This document shows positions 22,851 to 35,048 of a DNA stretch of 64,000 bases, piece by piece. Every line of letters begins with the position of its first letter. The stretch's first letter is position 1. Source of the DNA: Takakia lepidozioides (Eukaryota > Plantae > Bryophyta); assembly GCA_030704615.1 (NCBI GenBank), contig CM060731.1:5084001-5148000 (forward strand), in the 5' to 3' direction. A program made the position numbers and the translations under genes. The notes under the pieces were generated by a model. The model did not search any database. It saw nothing but the letters and a program-made list of their open reading frames with translations, and was not told the origin of the DNA.

Positions 22851-23229
22851 AAAAACCCATAATAATTTTCAGTGATAAAATTAATCAGGGCTATTACGCT
22901 ATTACCCCCTGTTCATTACAAAAAATAAAAATAAAAATAAAATAGTAGCCCATTTCTTCAAACAAATATATAAATGCTCCGCTGCAAACCCTCGGCCCAG
23001 ATTTTGGCCCTAATGGAGGAGGCAGATATCTATGCCTCTCAATCTCTATTGGGGCTGTTTGGATCAAAGAAAGCGTCCTCTTGGAGCCAAGGGGGGATCT
23101 GAGACTCAAAACTAGAACTCAAGATACTCTTTCTAATAGCTTCTCCCTGCTTGATGCTGTCCCGGAAGCTGAAATAGATGAGGAAAATCACCGGCATGAT
23201 CTCCAGAGAACTAGATTAAATCTGGATAG

Positions 23230-24250
23230 GTAATCACCTTCCTGCGTCTTGACTTCAAAAAAGCCTTTGATAGGGTGGAATGGTCTTTTCTTTTGGGATT
23301 TCTCTCTAAAATTGGACTACCTGCTTATTTCTACCAATGGGTTCAGATTCTTCTCAAAGAACTCTATAAGTCGGGTCATTATAAATGGCCAACTCTCAAC
23401 TTCGTTTTCACTTCAACACTCAGCCAAACAGGGCTGTCCACTGGTCCTTTTCTTTTTCCTCTGCAAGCCAAGGTATCACTGGCCTCCATATTACAAACTA
23501 TTCTACTCAGCAGCGAACTTAGACTAAGGAATCAATGTTTGTGGATGACACCTTTGTCGTGTTGCAAGCCACGCCTGGAAAGAGTGGCGGTCACCCTTGA
23601 TAAATTTTGTCACGCCTCGGACTTCAAGGTGAACTGGAGTAAAACATGCGCAATCCTCACCTGAGACCTCACCCTCGATACTTGGGGTTTTAAACCACGG
23701 ACTAAAATGGCTACAGCCTGGACAAACTACTATATGCTAGCTACACATTTGGCATAGGCCTATAGACCATCAACATTTTTCCCCAACCCTCTCCAAACTC
23801 AAAAGCAAATTGGTCTTTTGGGGATCCAAACATCAGATTTCGATTACTGGCAAGGCGCTTGTTGTCAACCAAATCTTATCAGCTGGTATATGGTACTACG
23901 TCTCATCCAAGAGACCTGACTCAATTCAAATCCAACAGATCAAAGCCCCAGCGCAGATCTTATAAAGAAACTTCCGACTCACGACCTTGCAGAGTAAAAG
24001 GCCTTCTGCAGTCCCATGGCCATCCCTCTTCCAGTGGAATCCAATGCGAACTTTGCTCGTGGAACCCAGTGGCCTAAAGGGTCCAGATTCTTTTGGCATA
24101 AAATTGATTGCTCCTTCTTTCCTTCGCGCACACACAAATTGCTGAAGCGACCTCCATCTCATCACCATTCTTCCTCGAAGGCAAGATACATGATACAACG
24201 ATCGTCGGTGCTTATCCTGGGTTATGTGTAGTTGTAGAAGATGGTTTGTG
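23230..24250 (+). mobile_element. Second degenerate L1 LINE RT fragment, same family, opposite orientation
   Basis: LDFKKAFDRVEWSF, VIINGQLS, KQGCPL, FVDD, FKVNWSKTCAILT and WGSKH..GKALVVNQIL across frameshifts. Confidence 0.85.
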
Positions 24251-27011
24251 TAATGGAGTGTTTGCTGAGACATTTAGAGGATTTTTGGGCACAAGCACAC
24301 CAGTTCAGAAGTTCCTTTTTAATATGGACCCTCTGTAGATGACATGAAAGTCAGTCGGGAAATGAACTCCCTCATAAGGTAAGCTCTTACAGGTACATGC
24401 CTCCTCCAAACGTGTATAGATGTACAGCATTACTGGCCTGGCCGCAGATTGGTTGGTCCTTAAAAATGGTTGGCTGGCAGCATCATAATATTGGACACTT
24501 CTGATGCTAACAGATTCCAGGGACCACACAGGTGTGCAGGTTCATGTCAGTGGCTGGTGACAATATATTGCCTTCTTTAGTGTACAGCATGTCTGGATGC
24601 TGTTGCTAGAAATTTTTCCTTCGCTTTCATTTGTCTCAGGTTCTATTGTAGCACTAACTATTCTCTTTTAATGAGAAGATCCCAGTTTAAACTCAGTTAC
24701 CTCGTTTTTGAGGCCCTGAACAGTAGGATGCATTGAGTTCTACAGGGGATCAGTACATTGTTTTTCCAGATGATTTTTGATCTGAAATATTTGGTTTCCA
24801 AGATCTCTACACCATCAAAATGTTTACAGCTCATTGTGTCACATCTCATTGTTTGAGACTCTTGTTAAAAGTGCAATGTAGTGGGGCTTGTTTGCTTCAT
24901 TGTGTGAAGGAGGCAGTAATTTTGCTAGGCCTTCTTCTTGCCTGAAGACTTGCAACATACATCATTCTCAATTGCAAGCCAGCGTCCTGTAACTCGTGAC
25001 AAGTCAGACAAATGTTGTGTAAAGTTGCATAGATTTTATGTAGGTTTAGATTACCAACAATAGTGCCTGGAGATAACACAAATGGTTACCGAGCGTGAGG
25101 GGTAACCGACATTTGCTAATGTAAGGGCTATTTGTCCCTTAAATCTTCCCTCAAGAGGCAATCTGGTGATTAGTGGAGTACTCCGGTGATTAGTTTTTGG
25201 ATGCTTTGTCTGTAGTGAATGATGCAACTCAGCTGCTGAGGCTGAGTATACGTCGTTTGATATCAAAAGGACTTAAATTGTTAGTCTTTGTTGGATCGGT
25301 GAGTCGATTGGGTATGGACTTGTTACTTCAAGGTTAGATCTGTTTGATACCTGGCCAGGCTGCAAAACATCACATAGTGCTTGGATGGATTGTGGAATGT
25401 CAATTGCACCTAGCAGGCTCAGGACATCGGTGGGCAGTGTAGTCCAGTTATAGAACCCTGCACACATACCAGATAAAGCTGAGGTCTTATGATAGGAAAG
25501 ACTTGTGTCAGATTTCTGCATTTCAGGTGGGCAATAAAATTAAAGAGCTTTTGACAATATACCTCAACCGTGTGCACAAATCAGCACACTGTTCCAGTCT
25601 CTAATCAAGGACTGTAGATGTTTCTTGATTGCTCTCTCTTCTTCTTCTCTCCTTTCTGTGGCTTCTCCACTCCATCTTTGGAAATTAATTATCTTTTAGC
25701 AGAAGAGATCTGGCCTCTCTCTCTCAACTGGCCGTTTTGTTCTGCCCAAACTGGACACAAGGCTATGCCAAACAACGTCTTATGAGTACATCTCTCTAAA
25801 CTGGACTGAAAGTGCACCTCTGAGTTTTTCTAGAAAGCTATGTGTGAGTGCACACCTGAGGCCGGTGACAGGAGCAAGCAGATTGCAAAGAAGCCAATAC
25901 ATGAGCTTTATCCACATGAGGGGGCATATCAGGTTGTCTAGTTGCATTGCTTCTATAAGTTGGACACTTTTAGTGGCACCCCGGATTGTTAACCCTTGTA
26001 CAACACCCATTTGAGCGCATGCCACTGTCACCATCTTCTCTGTCATTCCTCTCTACCTGGCCGCCTCTGTCAATTTCGCCTATATCAGTTGGCAATGTTC
26101 GAATTCCTTCAAGAAGCTGTGATTTTACAAGTCCCTATGACTACCTCCTCATCCACTGTTGCTCATTTATTGATAGCCTCCGCGAAGGTCAAAGCCAGCA
26201 GAGATTTTCTTCACGACAGTGAGGTGTACCAATTCACTGCAAGAGAGAGGCTCATATCCACACGTGCTCGGAAGGGACCCTCTTCTGCTTGCTGGGAGGG
26301 ATCTCTGTCTAGATGGGCATAATGGACTCCACCCCTTAAACTAATGAGAAGGGGGTGTGTCGGGTCGTTACCTTATCAGTTGCACGAAACGCCCATAATG
26401 CTGAGATCAACTTAGTGACCCGGCAAGGACTCTACCTATTAGCCACTCAGAAGGTTTGCTGTCCTCAGCATGGAAACTCAGAGAGCTCAAGTGGAATAAA
26501 GTGGAGGGACTTTCCCCATGGTAGGGTGAAGCATGGCCAGGAGCACCACTCAAACTGTGGGAGGGGGGGGGGGGGGGGGGGAGGGATGCACCATTGAAGG
26601 ATGGAGATGACTCCACATAAGATTCAAACCATGTCATGAGGCTCGCCTTTTGGTACATAAATGCCACTATGACACCAGACAATTAATCTCAGATTCTCAT
26701 ATGATTTGTCTACTGTGTGCCTGACCGGTGGATAGCTGCCAGACCTCGATTCACAAGGTTTATGGAGTTTCATATATATAGCGAGTCAGATCAATTGGCA
26801 CCGTAGATGACAACAGTTATTCTGTGATTTCCACTAGTCCAGTGAAGCTATTCGGCCCAGGTCAGGCTGACAATTGAGTTCGATATTCGATATTCTGCTT
26901 TCTTGCTTGTTCATGTCTCTTTTCTGTCTAGTGTATACTGCATGGGTGATTAATGTGGGTGTCCGCATTTTGATGTATTGCTCTCTCCTACATCACTGCA
27001 CTCTTCAGACT

Positions 27012-27614
27012 TTATTCTGGTTGCTTTGTCTCGTCCAGCCCGTGTCTCTCAGGGGAAGTGGAAGCCTTCCCCTTCACACTGTCTCTCCTTTGTTGCAGAA
27101 GTATGGACCCTCTTTCGACGAGGAGGGAGGCTCTAGTCTGACCCACAATGGATGCCCTCTGCAGGCATAGGGATGCCCTCTCTCTGGTGCGTCTCCTACC
27201 AAGCCAAGTATCTAACTTGGGCTTTTGTGAACATCTTCTTTGTCTTTTAGGGGGATCCTTAATTGGTACTCCACACTCTGACTTAGCCCTGCTTCTTGGT
27301 AGTTTCTTTTTCATCTCCTCATCAAATATGGCTCGTGGGGTAAGAACGCCAATGCCTCTATCACTTTCCACTGAGGTCACAATACGGATGTTCCATGGTT
27401 TTAGCACTGCTGGTTTCACTTTCCTGTTTCCAAAAGCTCTGAGAGTGTCGCTCTCAAGTTTTTCTCTGTCTATCAGTCTCTGCCTTTCTCTTGCTAGGAA
27501 ATCTCTATCTTTCAGTCTCTCCTCTTCCTTCTCTAGCAGCGCTCTCTCTACCGTAAGATCCAGGTCTCTTTTCTCTAGAGAGAGCTCGATAGCTCCCTCT
27601 TTTTCAGTTAACAC
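27012..27614 (-). other. ORF of a charged coiled-coil/low-complexity protein, probably part of a decayed gene extending toward ~25560
   Basis: 200-aa E/R/K-rich ORF. Downstream frames read protein-like but contain scattered stops. No recognisable domain. Confidence 0.3.
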
Positions 27615-30512
27615 TTCCGACTTTCAAAACGTCTTTCTCTCACACTCTCTTTGCGCAAGCACGCCAACGATGTTGCTATGCTTCCAAAGCATTAGCAGAG
27701 AGAAAATAGTCATGTTGACTGGTGCCCAGACTGGCCTTAAGCTCGTATCACCTGGTTCTCACACATCCTACGATCCACCACCTCTATGCGTAATCTTTGC
27801 ACACGGAGTGCTTCCGAGTATATCAACCTTTGTGGAACGATGCCAAAGCTGAAGCTAAGGCAAGTGCGGAAAAGAAAGAACAAAAGAAAGAGAGAGAGAA
27901 AGTTTGCGGGTTATAATAAGTGATCTTTAGAATCCAAAATTGGCATAATCCATGCCATCAACAACACTAGAAAGTAACGGAACCACCACGAATAAAATCA
28001 ACTGTGAAGCCATGTTTCGAACGTGTAGCTCAAGAAACGATGCGAACGAGCAGTAATACTACTTTTCAAACTCGAAGTGGAAAAACCAGGCTCATGAATG
28101 CCACTGAAAAAACCCAAACCCACCAAGAAATCACACAGCAGGAAGGTACGGGAGAGGAAGAGGCGCACACACAGTATTAGTTAGGAAGTTCCTCTCCAAC
28201 GTGATCCGCGCAGTCACTATGGCCAAGCAGACCTCAGATCTGGAGCAGTAGCACACAGACCTACTCAACCAGTGTCTTACCTGCTGAGTTCCAGTCTTTC
28301 CATCAAACCTCAATGAGTGTAAAGTGTAAACCTCCAACCTGATGGCCCAGTGCTAAGGGTACTGTGGTTCTATGGTCAAATCCAAATCCATACAGGGGTG
28401 GTAGCTTGTGGTCCCCTAGTTCTTGGGAAAGGAGCAGAAAACAATTCACTCGAGTGGCAACTGCAGGTCTTCACAGAGGAAGGCATCGGCCCCATATTTT
28501 CGTGTTCATTGAAAATCAGGTGTTGAAATGTATACAGAGAGAGAAGTAACAGAGAGCAGTCTCTCCCTTTCCTCCTCTTCTGCCTGTTGATGGCCATCCA
28601 TATGTTAAGAGTAAGCACTTCTTTTCCAACAATGCTGAAGAGCCTGCTAGCTAAACCCCCTGCAACTTCAACTATATACCACATTAACTGATCAAATGGA
28701 AGGGCTTCCTTATTTTTCTTCTCTCATTGGGATTTCTCAAGATTTACATATGTATACAAAGGGCTGGTCTCTAAAGGCAAAACTACTGATACAGAGCCTA
28801 GTAGAAAAGGGTTAACTTTGCCCCGTGAATCAGCTCTATTAGCAGATGTAGGGAAAACTTGATATCTGGGATACAGAAAACTTCACAAAATCTTCACCAG
28901 TTCTTCTAAGAGATAAGCAAATGCCACATTGCCCAAGCCATGGTCCGTTAAATCAAGCTGGTTCCGTGCAGAATCTCCATGGTCCGGTGCTCGTCACTCG
29001 CCAGAGTATTATAGCCTGGGATGGGGGAGGGTGTCAACTCCTGCTATTCGGATTCTGCAACCTTGTCCTGGAAGCATAGGTGAACCAAGAAATGCCAATA
29101 GCAAACTTAATGGAATTCGTATGAAGCGAGTGGCTTTCGGCCAAGGAACTGAGCATAAGATGTTACAGAACACCAAAGCTTGTCCTCAAGCATAACTATC
29201 TCTGTCTTCATAATGACCTAGTGGATGCTGAACTTTATTCATTCATTGTATGCAGACATAAAATGATCTGCACATGAATGTGAAAGACAACAAGTATTTC
29301 CATTACCCTTAGAAGGGATATTTGCTCACTACGCCCCACCCACCTGTGCCACCACCTGGTGTCATATTACGGCACCTATATGTCAGGAACAAATTAAGTC
29401 AATACGATTGAAGGTAAAGATCAAGACCAGCAACAATATCAACAAATACGCCCAGACTTTCACTTAAGTGCAGTTAGAGTGGCTGGTTTTCATGTCCACC
29501 TGATGTACAGTTCTGTAGGTTCTCTTCTGATGCATCTATTGCGGTCCTATTTGGACACAATATCCACCCCCTACGGACTGTGTGGCAGTAGGGAAGCAAT
29601 GGAGAGTCCATTGCGCTAAAAAAAGTTGGATACGTGAGCATACCACGAGTTCTTGAAACCAGCTGTTTTGAGCCTGATAGATGTTGTGAGGGCCTGGGCT
29701 GTCAACCCTTTCAGTGGAAGGGCTTGTATCATTGTAAGAAAGATTGTAAGCTGGAAGATGGCCTCAGTTAGAATTGGGATGCATGCAAACTCTGTACAGA
29801 GAAAGAGAGATACAACAACAAAGAAAGAAACTTAACAATGTACATGGGAAGCTTGAATGGCGTATGGAATTCACAGCAAAGAGAAGACAGAATGGACTGA
29901 GAGAAAGGGGGTCCACTGTTGTTTGTGTCCAAGTGCGAGTACCCCTCTGAAAGCAAACAATTCAAAATAGAGAGATTTTCACATGGAGAAATAATTCGTT
30001 GATCAAATGAGTGCATACTCAGCCACATAGCTGGAAACTTTGCAGCTACTTGGGCTCCCACTTGAGGGCCCACATTCCATGCCCCAGAGCTCCTATCCAT
30101 CTATCAGAAGTACCTAGTACTGTCAGCATCTCTCTCCCCAAGCATTGGTAGTCACATAACTATCAATCATAAGCCATGATTGAGTACCACTGATTGGTAC
30201 TCACCTTCCCCCCAATCTTCAGACCTGTTTCGAAGACCAATTAGAGTGGGATTCAATTGGCGAATGGAATGCCCTTGGCTTGAGAGGGCTAGGGCTGTTC
30301 CATACTAATGGTCCACTCACACCTACCTTCATCTGTTAATGATGCCTTTGATTGTTAAAGGGCGTTTCTACATCTCTCCCTGGTTCTTGGTTGTTCTAGT
30401 GTGCCTTGGGCCCGTAAGCCCTCCCGGACAAAATAAATTCCTCTCTTTCTCTGTCTCTCTCTCTGGGGCCCCTGTGGAATTTATGTAGTTTCTTCTTTCC
30501 TTCTTCCATGGT

Positions 30513-32987
30513 TCAACTGGACCCTACTGCCTTAGGGTGGCGAATGCGGCGAACTCTAGATGAGTGCACTGCCTTACTAATTTTGTCAGGGGAGAAACCT
30601 GCTTGCGTCATTTGGTCATAGACTCTTTGGGCCTCTTCTGGTTGGCCAGCCTGGCTGTATGCTTGTATCATGGTGTTGTAAGATATGGCATTGGGGATTA
30701 TTCCACTCGCTTGCATCTTCCGGAAAAAGTTGGCAGCTTGGACAACGAGCCCCTCACGCCCAGAAGCACCCATCAGTGTATTGTATAGAGTTACATCAGG
30801 CTGGCATTGGGCCACCAACATTTCATTGAAAAAGGTGCCTGTTTCCTCGAACATGCCTTGTCGTCCATATGCCTGGATTAGTGAGCTCCATGCTACCACA
30901 TTGGGTTCAAACCCGGCTGCTTGCATTTGCTTAAACACCTGCCCAGCTTCCTCAAGTAATCCAGCTTTTCCATAAACATGAACCATAAGGCTGTAAGTTG
31001 TCAGATCTGGGGTACACCCTGCCCCTTGCATCTCTAGGAAGGTACTAATTGCTTCATCATGGTTGTGGGCGCAGCTGAATGCCTGAATCAGCCCTGTATA
31101 TGTGACTGTGTTGGGCTCTAAGCCAACAGCTCTTAAGCTATGCATGACCTCCAAAGCCTCCTTAGGCTTGCCAGCCCGGGCATACATTGAAAGCAGCGTA
31201 TTAAATGTGCAAAGATCCGGCATTGTATCCATTGCCTTCATTTCGTGCACCAAGGATGAGGCTCTCTCCAGGTGCCTGCCCTCACTAAAGAGAGAGATAA
31301 GTGTGTTGTAGGACTGAACAGATGGGCAAAACCCTTTCTGCTTAAATCTTAGAAACAGTTGCTCAGCTTTTACAGCTGGGAGGCCTGCCCTCCCAACCCC
31401 ACTCAAGAGCGTGTTGAAAGTGATTTCATCTGCATGAATACCCTGGTTGGCCATATCTTCATACATCTGCCATGCGGTTTTGAAGTCTCCACAACGGGCA
31501 TACACTGCCACCATTGCATTGTATTGATGCACAGAAACCTTCACATCCGATGAAAGCATGGACTCAAAAACATCCCGGGCTTCACATTCCATGCTCGCAC
31601 GCCCCAACACTCCCAGAATCAAACTGTAGCTGTGACCATTTGGTTTGAGACGCCTCTTCTGGTTTTGCATCCACTTAAATACTCGTAATGCGAGAGCCCC
31701 CTTTTGCTGATATCCAAGCTCCTTCACCACACCAGAAAGGTCCACTCTTGTGATTTTCCCAACCCATGCATCTAGCACATTTGCAATAGACCATAATCCC
31801 AAATCCTCCCTTTTAATTGCAAGAAGTTCTCTAAGTATTACTTTGACCCTCTGCCGGCACTCGTCCTCAGTCCACGGAGGCTGGGGAGGCAATCGTCTTA
31901 CCCTCCTTGGACCTGTCCAGGGCCTCTTGGGTCTGGAAGCTGGCAATTTCTCTGTGTCTGTTAACAAAGCCGGTAAGGGTGTACTTTCCTCCTGCCCAAG
32001 CTCTAATAAGGGACCAAAATATTCAGAGTGTTTAAAGGGATCCAATTCAGTAACCTGCAGTCACAAGCGACCGAACAAGGTGAGATTAATTCTGGAAAAT
32101 AACTAAAATGGGTATCATGGTTGGCACTTGGCTATCCAATCATTAGCACTGTACTCAAAAGTGAAGAAACCAGTGTCCTGCTGTAAAAAATGGTGACAAC
32201 TGAAAGCCTAACCCATTCCCCCCCCTGCTTGTATGGAGCTGAAATCGCTATGTACTTATGACAAAAGAGACACCACAAAGCGGTGGAATATGCCACTGAG
32301 ATACACCTTTTATTGCTCTGGTCAGAACATTGATAGAGCAATCTTGATAGAGAGGAAGAAGCATACATAAATACTTGGACCGATTGGCTTGTCCTCGGGT
32401 TTCTTGGTCCTGCATTCCATAATAAACATGAAGGGGGCGCTCAGTACCAACAGACGAGAAAAAAAAAAGTAGCTCAGTGTTGCTTGATATGTGAGATTGC
32501 CCATGTGCAATTACGGAGTCCAGTATCCCACTACGGCTGGGAACCGTCCGGTCCATGGCTCCATTACATACATCATTACATTTGCTTTGCATCGGAGCTT
32601 AGCAATTTCATGACTCCAGTTGATTTTCTTTTCTGTTTACGAAATTAAGAGCAGGAAAAGGCTGATGACAATTACATGGATCTCTAAAACCTTGTCTAGA
32701 AGCAGGGGGGATGGTATGTACCCGACAGATGGTAGAAAATCAGGTACATCCGCCGCAAATATTGTACAAGAATCCAGTCTCCTCGACAAAATTCGGTGAC
32801 CACTAGGGGAGAGTCCCAAAATTGGATTGTTTATAGCCCGCCAGCCGCGCAATGTCATGGGCCTTAGACTTGAGGAGCTTGAAAAGGAGAGAACCCATCT
32901 TCCAATTCGCGCTCCAGAGGTTTCAACAACCTTGGAATGACACTGGAAGACTGGACAAGGAGAAGGAAAATTCGAGAGAGAACCCAT
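30513..32987 (-). CDS. P-class pentatricopeptide repeat protein, probably plastid-targeted (3 exons)
   Basis: Exons 32987-32722, 32409-32367 and 32054-30513 with consistent phases. About 10 tandem 35-aa PPR motifs (e.g. TYSLMVHVYGKAGLLEEAGQVFKQMQAAGFEPN). Ser-rich transit-peptide-like N-terminus. Confidence 0.92.
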
Positions 32988-35048
32988 AATAATGATTCAC
33001 TACTGCATATCGCCTATCTTCCCCCTCCCTTGGATCTCTCCTCTCTCTCGCTCTCTCTCTCTCCACCCCTCTCTCTCAGGTTTTTTCTTACCGCTATGAA
33101 TAAATTTCATCTCGCCCTCCATGTCAAAGAAGCTCAATAGTGCCCGATCGGAAACACTCTCCCCCCTGGAGTAGACTGTGTGGTTTGCATACCGAGCCCA
33201 AGGAACTTTGTGTGGTCCCAGCCCCTCCATGTGCCAGTTGACGCTGCTCTTCGTTCCACGCTCTCATTCTTTCTTTCCGCCTTTCGACCTTTTACTGTTT
33301 TACTCCAGCCTAAAAGATTACACTAGTGGGGCCAAGATCAAAATCCAGGAAACTTTGGCATGCAGGATAAGATTATCCTTGAGAATGTGGGTGGACACAA
33401 CTCGTGTGTTTGTGAGGATGCGCATTGATGATGAAAATACATAGGGTTTCTTCAATCCAGTTCAACAGCACTATGCCGGACATTTTTAAAACCGAAAGGC
33501 AGCAGATGGCCAGTCCCATGCAGTGACTCCTGCAATCTTGACCAGTTAAGTGAATTTCCAGGAGAAGGCAATGAACCACTGCCGCATTTTGAAGTCAGCA
33601 CTGCGTTTGCGAGATGTCATTCTTTCAGTGCTCAGATAGTCTTAGAGACAAGCAAGAGTTACAAGTTACAACAATAATGGGAAATGCAACCGTGTCTCTC
33701 CTAACTTCAGGGAGCTTTGTCTTGCAAACAATTCTTGTGGTAAATGCAATCCCAGTTTCACCACTAGAAAACAAACTGGAGCTTTTTCCTCTCTCAAGTA
33801 CCAATTTTTGTTGGGGGAAGGGGGAATTGAAGAAAGGGAAAACAGTGTGAGGTCCTTGAGGACACTTTGCATTTAAGTTGCTACTGCGCGAGGACTGGAT
33901 ATTTTGTATAAGAGAATAGCCCAGGGCTTCTCTTTCTATCCTGGGAAAGAAAGGTAGTCTCTCTGCTGATTCAAGTTGGTGCAAGCACCCCTGCACAAAG
34001 GTAGGGTATATTGACAAAAAGTGTTGATGAAAGCACACACATACACACAAAACTCAAAGAACTTCTGAGGGAGTACAAGGGAAGAAGAGATAATTCTATG
34101 ACAACCTATGAGAAAGAGAGACTATAACGACAAAGTAGAAACAACTTACAGAAAAAATCAGTGTGCCTCATGCAGGTACTTCAGAGCACTTTCGGTAGTG
34201 AGAAAACCATCCAATCAACAGCTGGAAAAAGCTGACAAGGCCGAGTACTGGTTTAACCTAAAACCAAGGCTTGAGAAATTCTGAGCTAATGTGCACAAAG
34301 GATGATGGCCTTGGGTAGAGGTTTCAGTGCACTGTTCATGCAGGTTAAAATTTTTAAGCACGGGAGAGAAAGAAGAAAAAGAGCTCTGTTCTGCATTGCA
34401 GCATCCGTCAAAGCATAAGCTTCAAAAGACAAACTTAAAACAAATTCAAAATCTAACACTGAAACTAGAAGAACTCTACATGATTCCCTTGCCTCCACAA
34501 ATTGCTTCCAAGTCTACTAGAAGACTTTGTGGGTAGAACCCCCCCCCTCATTACCTGTAGATGTGGGCACCAATCACCGTTATGGACACAATACCTAAAA
34601 TTAACCAGTCAGGACATGGACCTACCAAGCACATGATTATTACTTTTGCTTTTGCACTGGGTCCTTGGCTAGAGATTGGCCGAAATTGTCATTAAGAGTG
34701 TATATCTTGGTTTGAAGAATAAAACCGCTCTATTCCAACTCTCATGTTGAACCTGGTTACTGTCTAACCCCGAGGGAACAAATATCGGTTTCTTTTCTAC
34801 AAAGGAATATCACAGACTAGAAAAAAGAGGATTTCACTAGAAGTAGATGATTTGCCACAATATTCTCTCTTCAAGGCCCCCTTGTTAGGCGGAAGGATTT
34901 TCCATTACCTTGATTTGACTCCAGACTAAACTGCAATTGGATCTCAATGTACATACACACTACATGTCCAAGAACAAGACCAGGCAAAAGAACCGGCAGT
35001 TTCTTTGCTATGGAGTCAGCAATTGCACTTCCAACAAAAATTAATCAA

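Noticed and set aside
28183-28232. Histone H4-like peptide (KFLSNVIRAVT)
   Set aside because: Only ~11 residues, flanked by stops, with no further H4 similarity.
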